Below are positions 52,157-64,000 of a stretch of 64,000 nucleotides of DNA, piece after piece (the first letter of the stretch is position 1; the number at the start of each line of letters is the position of its first letter). The stretch lies in assembly GCA_964016885.1 (NCBI GenBank), contig OZ024742.1, positions 321,594,001 to 321,658,000 of the forward strand, read 5' to 3'. The position numbers and the translations under genes were made by a program. Source of the stretch: Eledone cirrhosa. Its lineage: Eukaryota. Under the pieces are notes generated by a model. That model had not been told where the DNA came from and ran no database searches. It saw only the letters and a program-made list of their open reading frames with translations.

Positions 52157-52210
52157 GCGTCTGTGTGTGTGTATGCGTCTGTGTGTGAATGTTTAAATGT
52201 ACGTATGTAC

Positions 52211-52241
<31 letters not shown>

Positions 52242-52599
52242 TGTATGTATGTATGTATGTATGTATGTATGTATGTATGTATGTATATCTGTCATTGTCT
52301 CCTTTCCGTATTTGATTCCTTTCTTGTGACATTTTGATTTCAGATCTATTTCCCAGATTCTCTTCCACTCACACCACTTCTCTTTCTTATTACTCCTTTC
52401 TCATTGCAGTAACCGTTGTTATTGTTGTTGTTGTTGTTGTTTTCATAGCGCTTGTGTCTTGGATGCTGTTTTTTTTTGTTTGTTTTTTTCTTCCTCTGCA
52501 GATTTGTCTTCTCTTTCATTTTATCATTCTTTTCAACTAACTTTGTTTCTTTGATTGTTTGTTTCTTTGTTTCTTTGTTTTTTTCGCCTTCTTTTCCTT

Positions 52600-52820
<221 letters not shown>

Positions 52821-52996
52821 ATGTTATGTGTTTGTTGTTTGATTGTTTCTCTCCCACTCTCTCTCCCCCCTCTCTCTCTCTCTCTCTCTCTCAATATATA
52901 TATATATATATTGTGTGTGTGTGTGCGTGTGTCTGTCTGTATGTATTTATAATATATACATACATACATATAGGCATATATATATAAATATATATA

Positions 52997-53104
<108 letters not shown>

Positions 53105-53145
53105 CCTATATGTATGTATATATTATAAATACATACAGACAGAAA

Positions 53146-53251
<106 letters not shown>

Positions 53252-53300
53252 CTGTTTGTAAAGTTTAAAAAAAGAAAGAACAAAACAGTCTTACTGAAAG

Positions 53301-53354
53301 AAGGTGACGTCTCGTCTTTCCGGTGGTCAAGCAAATAGTCACCGTTCAGAACTT
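53301..53354 (-). ncRNA. Degenerate hammerhead motif
   Basis: aagtt-CTGAA-cggtg..caccg-GAAA-gacgagac-GTC-acctt; 2 core bases missing. Confidence 0.5.
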
Positions 53355-53413
53355 GCCCCAAAAGGACATTTTTTTTCAATAGTGCTAGTTAGGCTCCAAT
53401 ACTTACCACATAG

Positions 53414-53540
<127 letters not shown>

Positions 53541-53546
53541 ATGAAG

Positions 53547-53592
<46 letters not shown>

Positions 53593-53622
53593 GAGGATTA
53601 TTATTATTATTATTATTATTAT

Positions 53623-53678
<56 letters not shown>

Positions 53679-54259
53679 CCAATAACGAGGGTGAAGTGGG
53701 ATGCGGGGTGAAAAGGAAATGATAATAGTACTAATGTGTAATGTCCGGTCAGCTATATCTAAAATAGAATGCTTCAATGATACCTTTCAACCCATGCATG
53801 CCCATCCCCACGGCCACATAGACGATGAGCACTATCTCCATTGCCTTTGCTGCCACCACATCAAATAATACAAGCAAATGAAAAGAACTAAAGGAAAAAG
53901 GGTTGTGGGGTAGAGAGAGTGAAAAGAAGAAAAGTCGGAAATACGGAATGAAAATAAAAAGAATGAAAATAAAAAAGAATTTTTAAAGAATGTAATAGGA
54001 ATAAAGGAATGCGGGTGGGGAAAGAAACAAATGAAAAAAAAGAAAAAATAGAGAAATGAAGAACAAAAGAATGAAATTATGAAAGATAGAAACAGACCAA
54101 TAAGGAGAAACAGAAAAAAAAGGAAGCAAGAAAGGAAGAGAGAAGAAAGGAAAGAAACGCAGAGACAGCACAAAAAACAGTATCAATGAAACAAAACCTT
54201 CAATGTAGCAAAAGGGCCCCAAAGAAGTAGATAGAGAACTAAGTATACAGTGGAATATA

Positions 54260-54311
<52 letters not shown>

Positions 54312-54336
54312 TACATATATATATATGTATATATAC

Positions 54337-54451
<115 letters not shown>

Positions 54452-54593
54452 TTATATATATATATATATATATATATGCGTGTATATATATATACATACA
54501 CACATACACACACTCACACGTATATATATATTTATATAAATTTATGTATATATATTTATTTATATATCAACATGAAAACATATATATGTAGAT

Positions 54594-54657
<64 letters not shown>

Positions 54658-55001
54658 GGACACATATATGTGTGTGTGCGCACGTCTGGGGGATGGGGAC
54701 TAACAGATCAAGGTACGAAGATTTAAAAAGTCAAACAAACAACTGCGAGTCTAAAGAATAGAAAAAGCAAAATGGCCGCCGAGCTAGGAAGTCTCGGATA
54801 CTTTTCGTTTCCCTTTCTCACAACTTGGTTATAAAGAATATCTCAGAGGCATTTCATTTTTAGAATGTATGTATATAAGTGCATATATATATATATATAT
54901 ATATATACACTCACACGCAAACACACCTATACATGCATACGTATATATATATATTAGATACATATGTGTACATGTATGTGTATGTTTATATATATATATA
55001 C

Positions 55002-55114
<113 letters not shown>

Positions 55115-55117
55115 CCG

Positions 55118-55148
<31 letters not shown>

Positions 55149-55181
55149 GGAGAGAGAAAGAGATTGAGACCAGAGAGGAAG

Positions 55182-55221
<40 letters not shown>

Positions 55222-55615
55222 GTGGAGAGAGAGAGAGAGAACAAAAGACAGAAGAGAGATAGCTGAATGTCAGGAATCGAGGCAAAATTTAGACTGTTCA
55301 TAGGTCAAAGGTGACCAAAGAATTGTCTACGGGAATAACTGGTGGAGATGGTGATCGGAACATGGAGATGTTTATGTAGGAGTGGTTGTGTGGACAGCCG
55401 GAATGGAGGTAGATGTGGTCAAGGGAAGAAAAAGCTGCTATAAAAGAACGACTACTAAGGACGAACGATGATGATGATGATGTATTCTTTTTTGTGGTGG
55501 ACTTGGTGGTGGGATCATGATCGTGGTACAGGAGGTATCGGTGCTGGTGGTGCCGGTATTGATGATGAATACTGAGGTGATGATGACAACGTTGATGATT
55601 ATGATGAAAATGATA

Positions 55616-55672
<57 letters not shown>

Positions 55673-55718
55673 TAATTGGTATATATATAATTTTGGAAAC
55701 TCTGCTTCAAAGAATCGA

Positions 55719-55813
55719 GACGTATCTGAGGATCTTGCGATTTCAGAGTCAGGTTCGATCATCGCATCGATCGTGCCTCGAGCTGGTCGCCAGAGGAACG
55801 ATTGTAATATGTC
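55719..55813 (+). ncRNA. Hammerhead motif with extended stem II (one core change)
   Basis: gacgtat-CTGAGGA-tcttgcgat...gtcgccaga-GGAAC-GATT-GTA-atatgtc; 7-bp stem I. Confidence 0.65.
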
Positions 55814-56105
55814 TAATAAATTTTAATTCGTCTCACCACACCACTAATTCTCCGTTTCTTATGTGATATATATATATATATATATATATATAAATTAATA
55901 TGTATGTGATGAAACACAGATACCAACATATCTGTGTATATATTGTGAAAGAAAAATTTAGCCAGATTGAAGTATACTAATTATTATACTACAGTTTGTC
56001 CATATCGATTTAAAATAATAAATCAACGGAGACGAACTGTATTGGCAACAGGCCGTGATGTTTAGACACATTTAAATTTCAAAATCAAACCTGTTCCGTA
56101 GATAA

Positions 56106-56182
56106 GTTTAGACTTTAAGATCCAAATATGTTTCGAGTTAAAATAAGTGTAGGAATATCGAGTCCCGTTCTCCTCAGTAAAC
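56106..56182 (-). ncRNA. Type I hammerhead ribozyme (mirror of 56524-56600)
   Basis: Reverse complement of the plus copy with an intact core. Confidence 0.75.
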
Positions 56183-56523
56183 ATCCAGAGACTATAATAA
56201 TTAGTATACTTCAATCTGGCTAAATTTTTCTTTCACAATATATACACAGTTATGTTGGTATCTGTGTTTCATCACATACATATTAATTTATACACTGCTC
56301 ATGGGATATATATTTTTCCTCATTCGAGCTGATTCCATTGTAAAAGAATTCATTACCTTATTAATTTTAATCTGCTCCTAGTTTGAGCTGCAAAGCCGCC
56401 TCATATACACGACTGTTATTTCTAGCAGTACGGTTATGAGACTAGTTAGATACTGTAAAGCCATGTGCGCCACGCAGTCTTTTAAATTATTTAGAAGTGA
56501 AGCATATCAATTTGTCTCTGGAT

Positions 56524-56600
56524 GTTTACTGAGGAGAGCGGGACTTGATATTCCTACACTTATTTTAACTCGAAACATATTTGGATCTTAAAGTCTAAAC
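56524..56600 (+). ncRNA. Type I hammerhead ribozyme
   Basis: gttta-CTGAGGA-gag...ctc-GAAAC-atatttggatcttaaa-GTC-taaac. Confidence 0.78.
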
Positions 56601-56903
56601 TTATCTACGGAACAGGTTTGATTTTGAAATTTAAATGTGTCTAAACATCACGGCCTTTTGCCAATACAGTTCGTCTCCGTTGATTTATTATTTTAAATCG
56701 ATATGGACAAACTGTAGTATAATAATTAGTATACTTCAATCTGGCTAAATTTTTCTTTTACAATATATACACAGATATGTTGGTATCTGTGTTTCATCAC
56801 ATACATATTAATTTATACACTGCTCATGGGATATATATTTTTCCTCATTCGAGCTGATTCCATTGTAAAAAAATTCATTACCTTATATATATATATATAT
56901 ATT

Positions 56904-57281
56904 TAAATGTAATCTGAGTTTTTCGAATATTAATAATAACATTCAATTCGTTTGCAATTATGCAAACAAGCCTCAATTTTATAGCCATGTCACTAGGCTA
57001 TAAAATTGAGGCTTGTTAGCATAATTGCAAACGAATCGAATGTTATTATTAATATTCGAAAAGGACGGTGGATTGGCAGTATCGGTAGAGGGTCGGACGC
57101 CATGCTTTCCAGCATAGTTACGCCCCTTTACGATCTGAGTTCAAATCCCGCCGAGGTTGACTTTGCCTTTCATCCTTACGGGGTCGATAAAATAAAGTAC
57201 CAGTAATGCACTGGGTATTTGCTGGCCTTGTGCCTAAAGTAGAAACAATTATTAATATTCGAAAAACTCAGATTACATTTA
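56904..57281. repeat. Fold-back palindrome interrupted by SINE A (57062-57247, +) with 17-bp TSD
   Basis: aaatgtaatctgagtttttcgaatattaataat...tagcc-atgtcacta-ggcta...attattaatattcgaaa[SINE]attattaatattcgaaaaactcagattacattt. Confidence 0.88.
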
Positions 57282-57311
57282 TTGTATTCAGCCATGTAGA
57301 GCGAAAATGTT

Positions 57312-57402
<91 letters not shown>

Positions 57403-57449
57403 AATGAATAATAACAGGTAGACATCATAAAAAGGTAGTTTATTCCGTG

Positions 57450-57561
57450 TGCTTACAAGTGTTTCCACGGTGGTACTGCAGCCTAGTTCCGCTACGTGCA
57501 AATTCACAAGTATTTGCAGAACTCGAATATCCAATGCTGTGACCACTGTTTCCTCAGAGCA
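57450..57561 (-). ncRNA. Hammerhead with long branched stem II (mirror of 58199-58310)
   Basis: Exact reverse complement of the plus copy. Confidence 0.75.
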
Positions 57562-58198
57562 GAATGGTAAATATACAATGTAAAAACCCTTAAGTGGGGT
57601 TGTTGGGGAAGATAGAGTGGAACAGGAAGAGAGAAAAGTAGGGAAGATGGAGAGAGAAGGAAAGATATGCAGGGGTTGGAGAAGTAGGAGAGAGTGGCTT
57701 GTAGATATCTTAATCAAAATGTTATGGTAGGGGTTTTATTAGTTACTTTTGGAGAGATGCGTAGATAGTTGAGGTCGGAATTATTTATTGCCCCAGAGGT
57801 CAAGTTCATAGATGTTGAGAGGGAGGTAGGTCAAAGGTGAGAGAGAGAGAGTGTAATGGATGTAGAGAGATATATATAGGTAGAGAGGGGACAGATAAAG
57901 TATATGTGGTGAGTGAACTTTTGGTTTTGTAGTAGTAATCTAGGAATTGTACTGAGTTATCATGTATAGTGATAAGCAGTGTATTGTCTTGTAGTGTGGG
58001 GGAGAAGAGAAGGTTGTTAGCTAGAAAGTGGTGTTGTAGTTACGGGTTCGAATGTTAAGTTATTTTATAGTGAGAGAATTTAGCTTTTAGTTTGTGGTTG
58101 CAGTATAATGATCGTTCAATTCTATCGTTAAGTAGTTTGTTTTTGGATTTTAGTATGTAACCCCACTTAAGGGTTTTTACATTGTATATTTACCATTC

Positions 58199-58310
58199 TG
58201 CTCTGAGGAAACAGTGGTCACAGCATTGGATATTCGAGTTCTGCAAATACTTGTGAATTTGCACGTAGCGGAACTAGGCTGCAGTACCACCGTGGAAACA
58301 CTTGTAAGCA
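58199..58310 (+). ncRNA. Hammerhead with long branched stem II
   Basis: tgct-CTGAGGA-aacagtggt...(agttctgc..gcggaact)...accaccgtg-GAAAC-ACTT-GTA-agca. Confidence 0.75.
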
Positions 58311-58532
58311 CACGGAATAAACTACCTTTTTATGATGTCTACCTGTTATTATTCATTCTTTATATACACTCCGGAATACTGAAGGATCAGGAACTAAGTT
58401 TCTTGAACAATTCTTCCATAACTCGTAGAGTAACCTCTTACCGTACGTCAACCATATCCAGTGTAGTAATTAACCATCACTGTATCTTGGATAATCCTAT
58501 ACCTAATATATATATATATATATATATATATA

Positions 58533-59839
58533 CAGGGTGCGGACGATATTTGTTCGCAAGATTACTGTCTAGGAAAATGTAACACAGTAGTTTTATTTTT
58601 TAAGATTTATTTATCAAACTTGGGTCAGTTTGTCTTCATGACTTATTCTTTCGATCTCACTCGATAAACCCGCCATTGGCTTTGATGACGGCCTCAAGGC
58701 GGCCTAGGAACCGGCTACAGGCCTTCGTCACTGTCCCCCGACTTAGGCCCCTAAAGGCACTTGTGATCCTGGCCTTCAGATCGTCTTTCGTATTGCAGCT
58801 AGATCTGTTGGTGTCTCGCTCCACTGCGCCCCACACAAAGAAGTCGAGGGAGTTGCAGTCAGGCGAGCTGGGAGGCCGAATATTAGGTGAAGTGTGGTCG
58901 ACGAAGTTCTTTGGCAGCCAGGCTTGGGTCTTTTGGCTGGTATGGCAAGGCGCTGAGTCTTGCTGCCACACGTACGGCCTACCTGCAGCTACCTGGTCGA
59001 TCCAGGGCTTTACTACCTCGTTCAGAACGCGGATGTAGCCATTGGTGTTCAGCTTGAGGCCCTCAGGGAAGAAGTGAGGTGGCATGACGTCACCTTGACT
59101 GCTGACGACACCTAAGACCAATGTCCTCGCTGGAAACTTTGTCTGCATGACTCTGGGCACGTCTTTGGATGAGACAACGAGCCACCTGTTGTTCTGGGAC
59201 TTTATCTTCTGGTCTTGGCAGAAGTTTTTCTCGTCAGAGAAAAACCACAGCATGTCTGGCTCCAGTGGATGTTTCAACTTGTTGATCAGCTTCTTTGCGT
59301 GCTTCAGACGCTTTTCTTGCATCGCCTTTGGCAGAAATTGTCCTTTCCTCATCTTGTATGAAACGTAGCGAATATCTTCATGTACCACCAGCCTAATGAG
59401 CGTTTCATCCACACCTTTCTCCCTTGCAATGGCACTCATCGACTTGGTAGGTTCATTGTTGATGATATCCTGAACTTCAGCGACGAACTCGGGCGTTCTG
59501 AAGGCGTCAGATCGTCGATCATGTGTTTACCTATCTGATGTTGCTTCGTAGTCGAATCCTGAATCTTCCAATTCCTTTCTAACCTTTTCCACCATTCTCC
59601 TGCTGACGCTGAGAAAGTCTGAAATTTCCTTATTTGTCCTCCCGGTGCGGATTCCAAGAAGAACTCCGTGTCTCTTCCACAAATTTGGAGGTTCAAAATT
59701 ATTCATAATCAATTATTCTGAAAATAAATAATGGAAATATAGTCACTATTTTTATGAAGACAAGAGTGACAGCGGAAGTAAACAAAATTTGCATAAAATT
59801 AGCAGTTGAAAATTGCGAACAAATATCGTCCACACCCTG
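58533..59839 (-). mobile_element. maT (DD37D) Tc1/mariner DNA transposon, full length
   Basis: 27-bp TIRs cagggtgcggacgatatttgttcgcaa / ttgcgaacaaatatcgtccacaccctg with TA flanks in (TA)n. Confidence 0.95.
58657..59712 (-). pseudogene. DD37D transposase with one in-frame stop (59527-59529)
   Basis: WFFSDEKNF, WQQDSAPCH, PPSSPDCNSLD; 37 residues between the 2nd and 3rd D. The N-terminal ORF 59527-59712 is in frame with 58657-59439. Confidence 0.92.
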
Positions 59840-60761
59840 TATATATATATTGGAAAATGTGTGAAATCCTTGGTACAGTTAAGTATATTTAAAAAAAGGA
59901 AAAGAATGACTTCACTTGTAGTTCTAAACAATTTAATTTAATTTTTTTAATATTATAATTTTACAATTTGGTTTTGTGGATCTAGTAAGTTCTTTGTTAA
60001 CTTCGGTGGAGAGATTAACGATTCCTGGTTAACTTTCCTGCGGAACTTTCTCGCATTCGTCGGTGGCGATTATCAAACTGATCTCTGCGAGATTTGCATC
60101 TATTATTCGTAGAAATCAACTATTATTGCAATTATTATCTGCGTTTGGGATTCCTACATTTTCTAAAGAATTTCATATTGTATCTGCGGCCAGAAGCCCC
60201 TTATCTCAATGGTTGAAAGACTCAGTTGGGTTTCAAGAGATACGGATTCAATTCTTGATAGAAGAACTTCATAATCAAAAAATATATCTCTCTGAAACTT
60301 GCTGAAGTAGAGTGACAAGAAAAAAATTAAAAATTGCAGTGCTACCACCTGAGGATTTAGCGCCCTACAATGTGCTCCACCTCTTCTAAATGAAATATTT
60401 TCAACTAGACAAGTTGACAAGTTGACGACTTGAAAAAATCTAGTTAATGACTAAGAAATTTCTAAATTCAAAACTTATTTTTGACAACGCTATGATAATT
60501 ACTAAACCCGAATTTTCCGCTAAACAATCCACATTCACCAATGAATGTGGTCCTAACATCATACGGCACACTCCACGGCTAAGATGTTTAGGGATTCATT
60601 TATTACAGGAAATGATTATATATTTTATTTAATTATATACATTTTTATAAAACTTTGATCCTTTAAGGTTCAGTAATGCACTTCTCTGATGTCTGCGTTC
60701 TAAACGGCTGCCTAGTTGACCTAATGACAGTGCTGGTCTTGATTAAGTGAATTATATAATA

Positions 60762-61325
60762 CTAGCAGAAAAACCACCCTCGGGTGGTTTTCTGCTAGCG
60801 TGTGTAGTGTGCATATTGATATTATACGCAGGTATATATGTATGTAGATATGATACATTAAATAAAATCGTAATTGACAATATACACAGAAATTGAACGA
60901 AGACTGCGTTACACTGTCTTATGTAATCAGTAACGTAATCCATGGTACATTAAAAAAGACGATATTTTATATAAACTGCATTAGGAGAAAATTAGTGACG
61001 GAAATATATGAATGTTTATTTAAGCGATCGCTAACCGGAAGTGTTGACATTTGAAAATGTTAAAGAACTGAATCTTAAAATAAGCCACAAAATTATTTAT
61101 ATTAAATCAAGAATAACGAAATTTAGCAGATAAATTATGTAATATTCGTTCATTATTTATTATGTACTGGGTAATTTATTATTTATTATGTACTGGGTAA
61201 TTGCTGGCCTTGTGCCAATAGTAGAAACAATTATTTATTCAAAATAATCCAACTTATTTTACAAACGGGGTACAAAAATATATTCTGGACGCAGACCCGC
61301 ACTCCTTACTTTATTATAGTTTAGA
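60762..61325 (-). mobile_element. Non-autonomous Helitron
   Basis: The minus strand starts A^TCTAAACTATAATAAAG and ends with a GC hairpin (aaaaccacccgagggtggttttt) plus CTAG^T; no TSD. Confidence 0.75.
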
Positions 61326-62191
61326 TTCTAAGTTGCTTGGCGTTTGTAGTTCTGCTTATGAAATAAAGCGTTTATTTCTTCCGTTCTTTAAACTATCAAT
61401 AAATATCAATATCCCAGCATTCAATTGAGCCCAGTCTATTCCAAAACGTATCACATGGAGCAGCCAAATATTTGTCAAATCATGTACTGTCTGAAATATA
61501 TAGAGACAACTACACAGATATACAGAAATAACGGATTGTCATAGTTGGAACTCTTTCTCTCATATTAAGTCTCTTACTCAATCCTGGCTGACCTGGGGCT
61601 AAATGGCAACAATAACAGCCACAACAACAGCAATCACAATAGCATCAACAACTGCAACAACAATAAAGACAACAAAAGCTTCAACAAACAACAAACACAA
61701 CAATAGGCAGAACAAGGACAATAATAACAACGCCTGCCACTCCACAACGACAACAACAATCATCTTTATATTACTATCCACAATACAATGGGGTTATCAT
61801 TCCCATGACCTCTTTCAACTCCCTACCATACAGGTTTTTTCCCCGCCATTAAATTCTGTAATCAACGTAATCGCTTATATCCACAAATTCCCCTTTACGC
61901 ACACACACACATACACACACACACACTCTCTCTCTCTCTCTCTCTCTCTCCCTATATCCCCCCTCTCTCGCTAGGTCATTCACTCGCTCCCTCACCTTTC
62001 CTACTATTACCACCGCCACCACCACCACCACCACCACCACTGCCAATCAGTGTCAAAATATTTGCTACTCAATGGTTTAAATATTAGTCTTTCCCGTGTA
62101 AACATCGTTGACTGTTCTTTATTACGACTCAGTTTACTTCAGCCTCGTACTCTGGTTAAACATAATACAGGATATCTCAATAAACTACCAT

Positions 62192-62275
<84 letters not shown>

Positions 62276-62512
62276 AACTACTACTACTACTACTATGGCT
62301 CGCCTAAGTCACCTAAATGAAATCTCTCTGATTTTTTTACCCCAACTTTTCAGTCGTAATTTGTTTCTATCATGTTTACGATCGAGGAAAACAACATGTA
62401 CAAATTCTGAAGAAACAAATCAAAACAACCTGAGTGACCGCTTTTTTTTTAACACGGGCACGAATGTAAATTAGCGCTTGCGGCCCGCCTCGAAAAGGAT
62501 GCCTATCCCTGG

Positions 62513-62750
62513 TCTAGTCGTTAAGGTGTTGGAGTTGCGATCTTAATTTTGATTCCTTTTCATGTTGCTCCAGTACGCTCAGCTGGAAATCAATACCAAC
62601 TATAGCTGGGAGTTAACTCCGCGATGGATAGGCGTCCTGTCCATGGGGAGAATCTTGTACTCCCAGTCACTTAACTTAACGCCGATGAAAAATGGGACCG
62701 GGGATAAGCCCTCGTCGGAAAGGCCTGATGGCTTGGGACAGAGTTTAACT
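62513..62750 (+). mobile_element. SINE with V-domain-like centre
   Basis: Degenerate tRNA head, then ccgcgatggataggcgtcctgtccatgggg resembling the V-SINE core. Confidence 0.5.
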
Positions 62751-63142
62751 ATTTTTTTTATATATGTACACTCGAAAAATTAATATATGAGTACCGTAAG
62801 TAAATGAATGGTTCGGATGATGGGTGGTTGGATGGATGGGCTGGGGTTGAATTGGTAGGGGATGGATTGGTTGAATGGATGGATAGAGGAATAAATGATG
62901 TGATTGATGGTTAGATGGATGGTTGGATGGATGTCAGTCCAGTGGCTGTAGCCCTTTTAGCTACACCAAATAAGCAATATATAAATAAATATATGGTCAT
63001 GGGGTAATATGAGAGATTGAATGGTAAGTCGGGTGATTGGTGGAGATGGGCTCTTTGGAATAGGCTGTATGTCTGTCAGTCATACTCTTTTAATATGATA
63101 AAATAACTATATATATATATATATATATGTGTATGTGTGTGC

Positions 63143-63197
<55 letters not shown>

Positions 63198-63200
63198 AAT

Positions 63201-63315
<115 letters not shown>

Positions 63316-63318
63316 AAT

Positions 63319-63430
<112 letters not shown>

Positions 63431-63457
63431 GTAAATATATATATATATATGTATATA

Positions 63458-63499
<42 letters not shown>

Positions 63500-63508
63500 A
63501 TGACAAGT

Positions 63509-63545
<37 letters not shown>

Positions 63546-63908
63546 AGAGGGAGAGAGAGAGAGAGAGGAGATGTAATGATGATAGTTAGACAGACAGACA
63601 TGTTTTGTGGCTACAGTGTTATATGTCTCTGTAGACATGGCTGTTATCTTGACTGACGGACTGGTTATAGACACATCGTGAGTTCACATACACTCAACAG
63701 ACACTGATGGTACTACATACATTAATGCTTTCATATCTGAAAACGCAGATCTTGTGGCTGCTGTTGCTGTTGTTGTTGTTTCTGTGTATATGAAAGTTGG
63801 CGCCATTTTCGCAATTACCGTAGAAACCCCTCTATCCACCATACACAAGTTCCGAAAGAAAAACAACAACAGCAGCAACAACAACAACAACAACAACAAC
63901 AAAAACAA

Positions 63909-63945
<37 letters not shown>

Positions 63946-64000
63946 AACAACAACAACAACAACAACGGTAATGATGATGACGATGATGGTGATGATGGTG

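Larger units (their letters stand above)
55889..56886. mobile_element. HHR-bearing PLE-type unit: inverted copy + partial tail + full copy, in (TA)n
   Basis: 55889-56192 is the reverse complement of 56514-56817; 56193-56360 is a direct copy of 56718-56886. Confidence 0.88.
57394..58365. repeat. ~205-bp perfect inverted repeats (57394-57601 / 58159-58365) enclosing a 560-bp spacer
   Basis: ORFs 57313-57717(-) and 58214-58582(+) share an identical peptide; each arm carries a hammerhead. Confidence 0.93.

Overview
This is AT-rich, microsatellite-dense eukaryotic DNA. The repeat repertoire is suggestive of an octopus/cephalopod genome (inference only). I find no supportable host protein-coding gene, and most ORF-track entries are microsatellite translations. 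The window holds two intact U2 snRNA genes (- strand) and two near full-length Tx1-clade (L1 group) retrotransposons plus fragments. It also has decayed RTE, CRE, R4/Dong and CR1-like LINEs, a Naiad-type Penelope-like element (PLE), a nearly intact DD37D maT transposon, hAT/Tc1/pogo MITEs, a non-autonomous Helitron, many tRNA-derived SINEs and a 200-N gap. The most striking hidden layer is about 20 type I hammerhead ribozyme (HHR) motifs from roughly 10 unrelated sequence families. They sit in short non-coding units embedded in (TA)n tracts, mostly as fold-back (inverted) structures whose turn point lies just 5' of the ribozyme, and in several cases one arm has lost the catalytic core. All calls were made by eye; coordinates of decayed elements are approximate.
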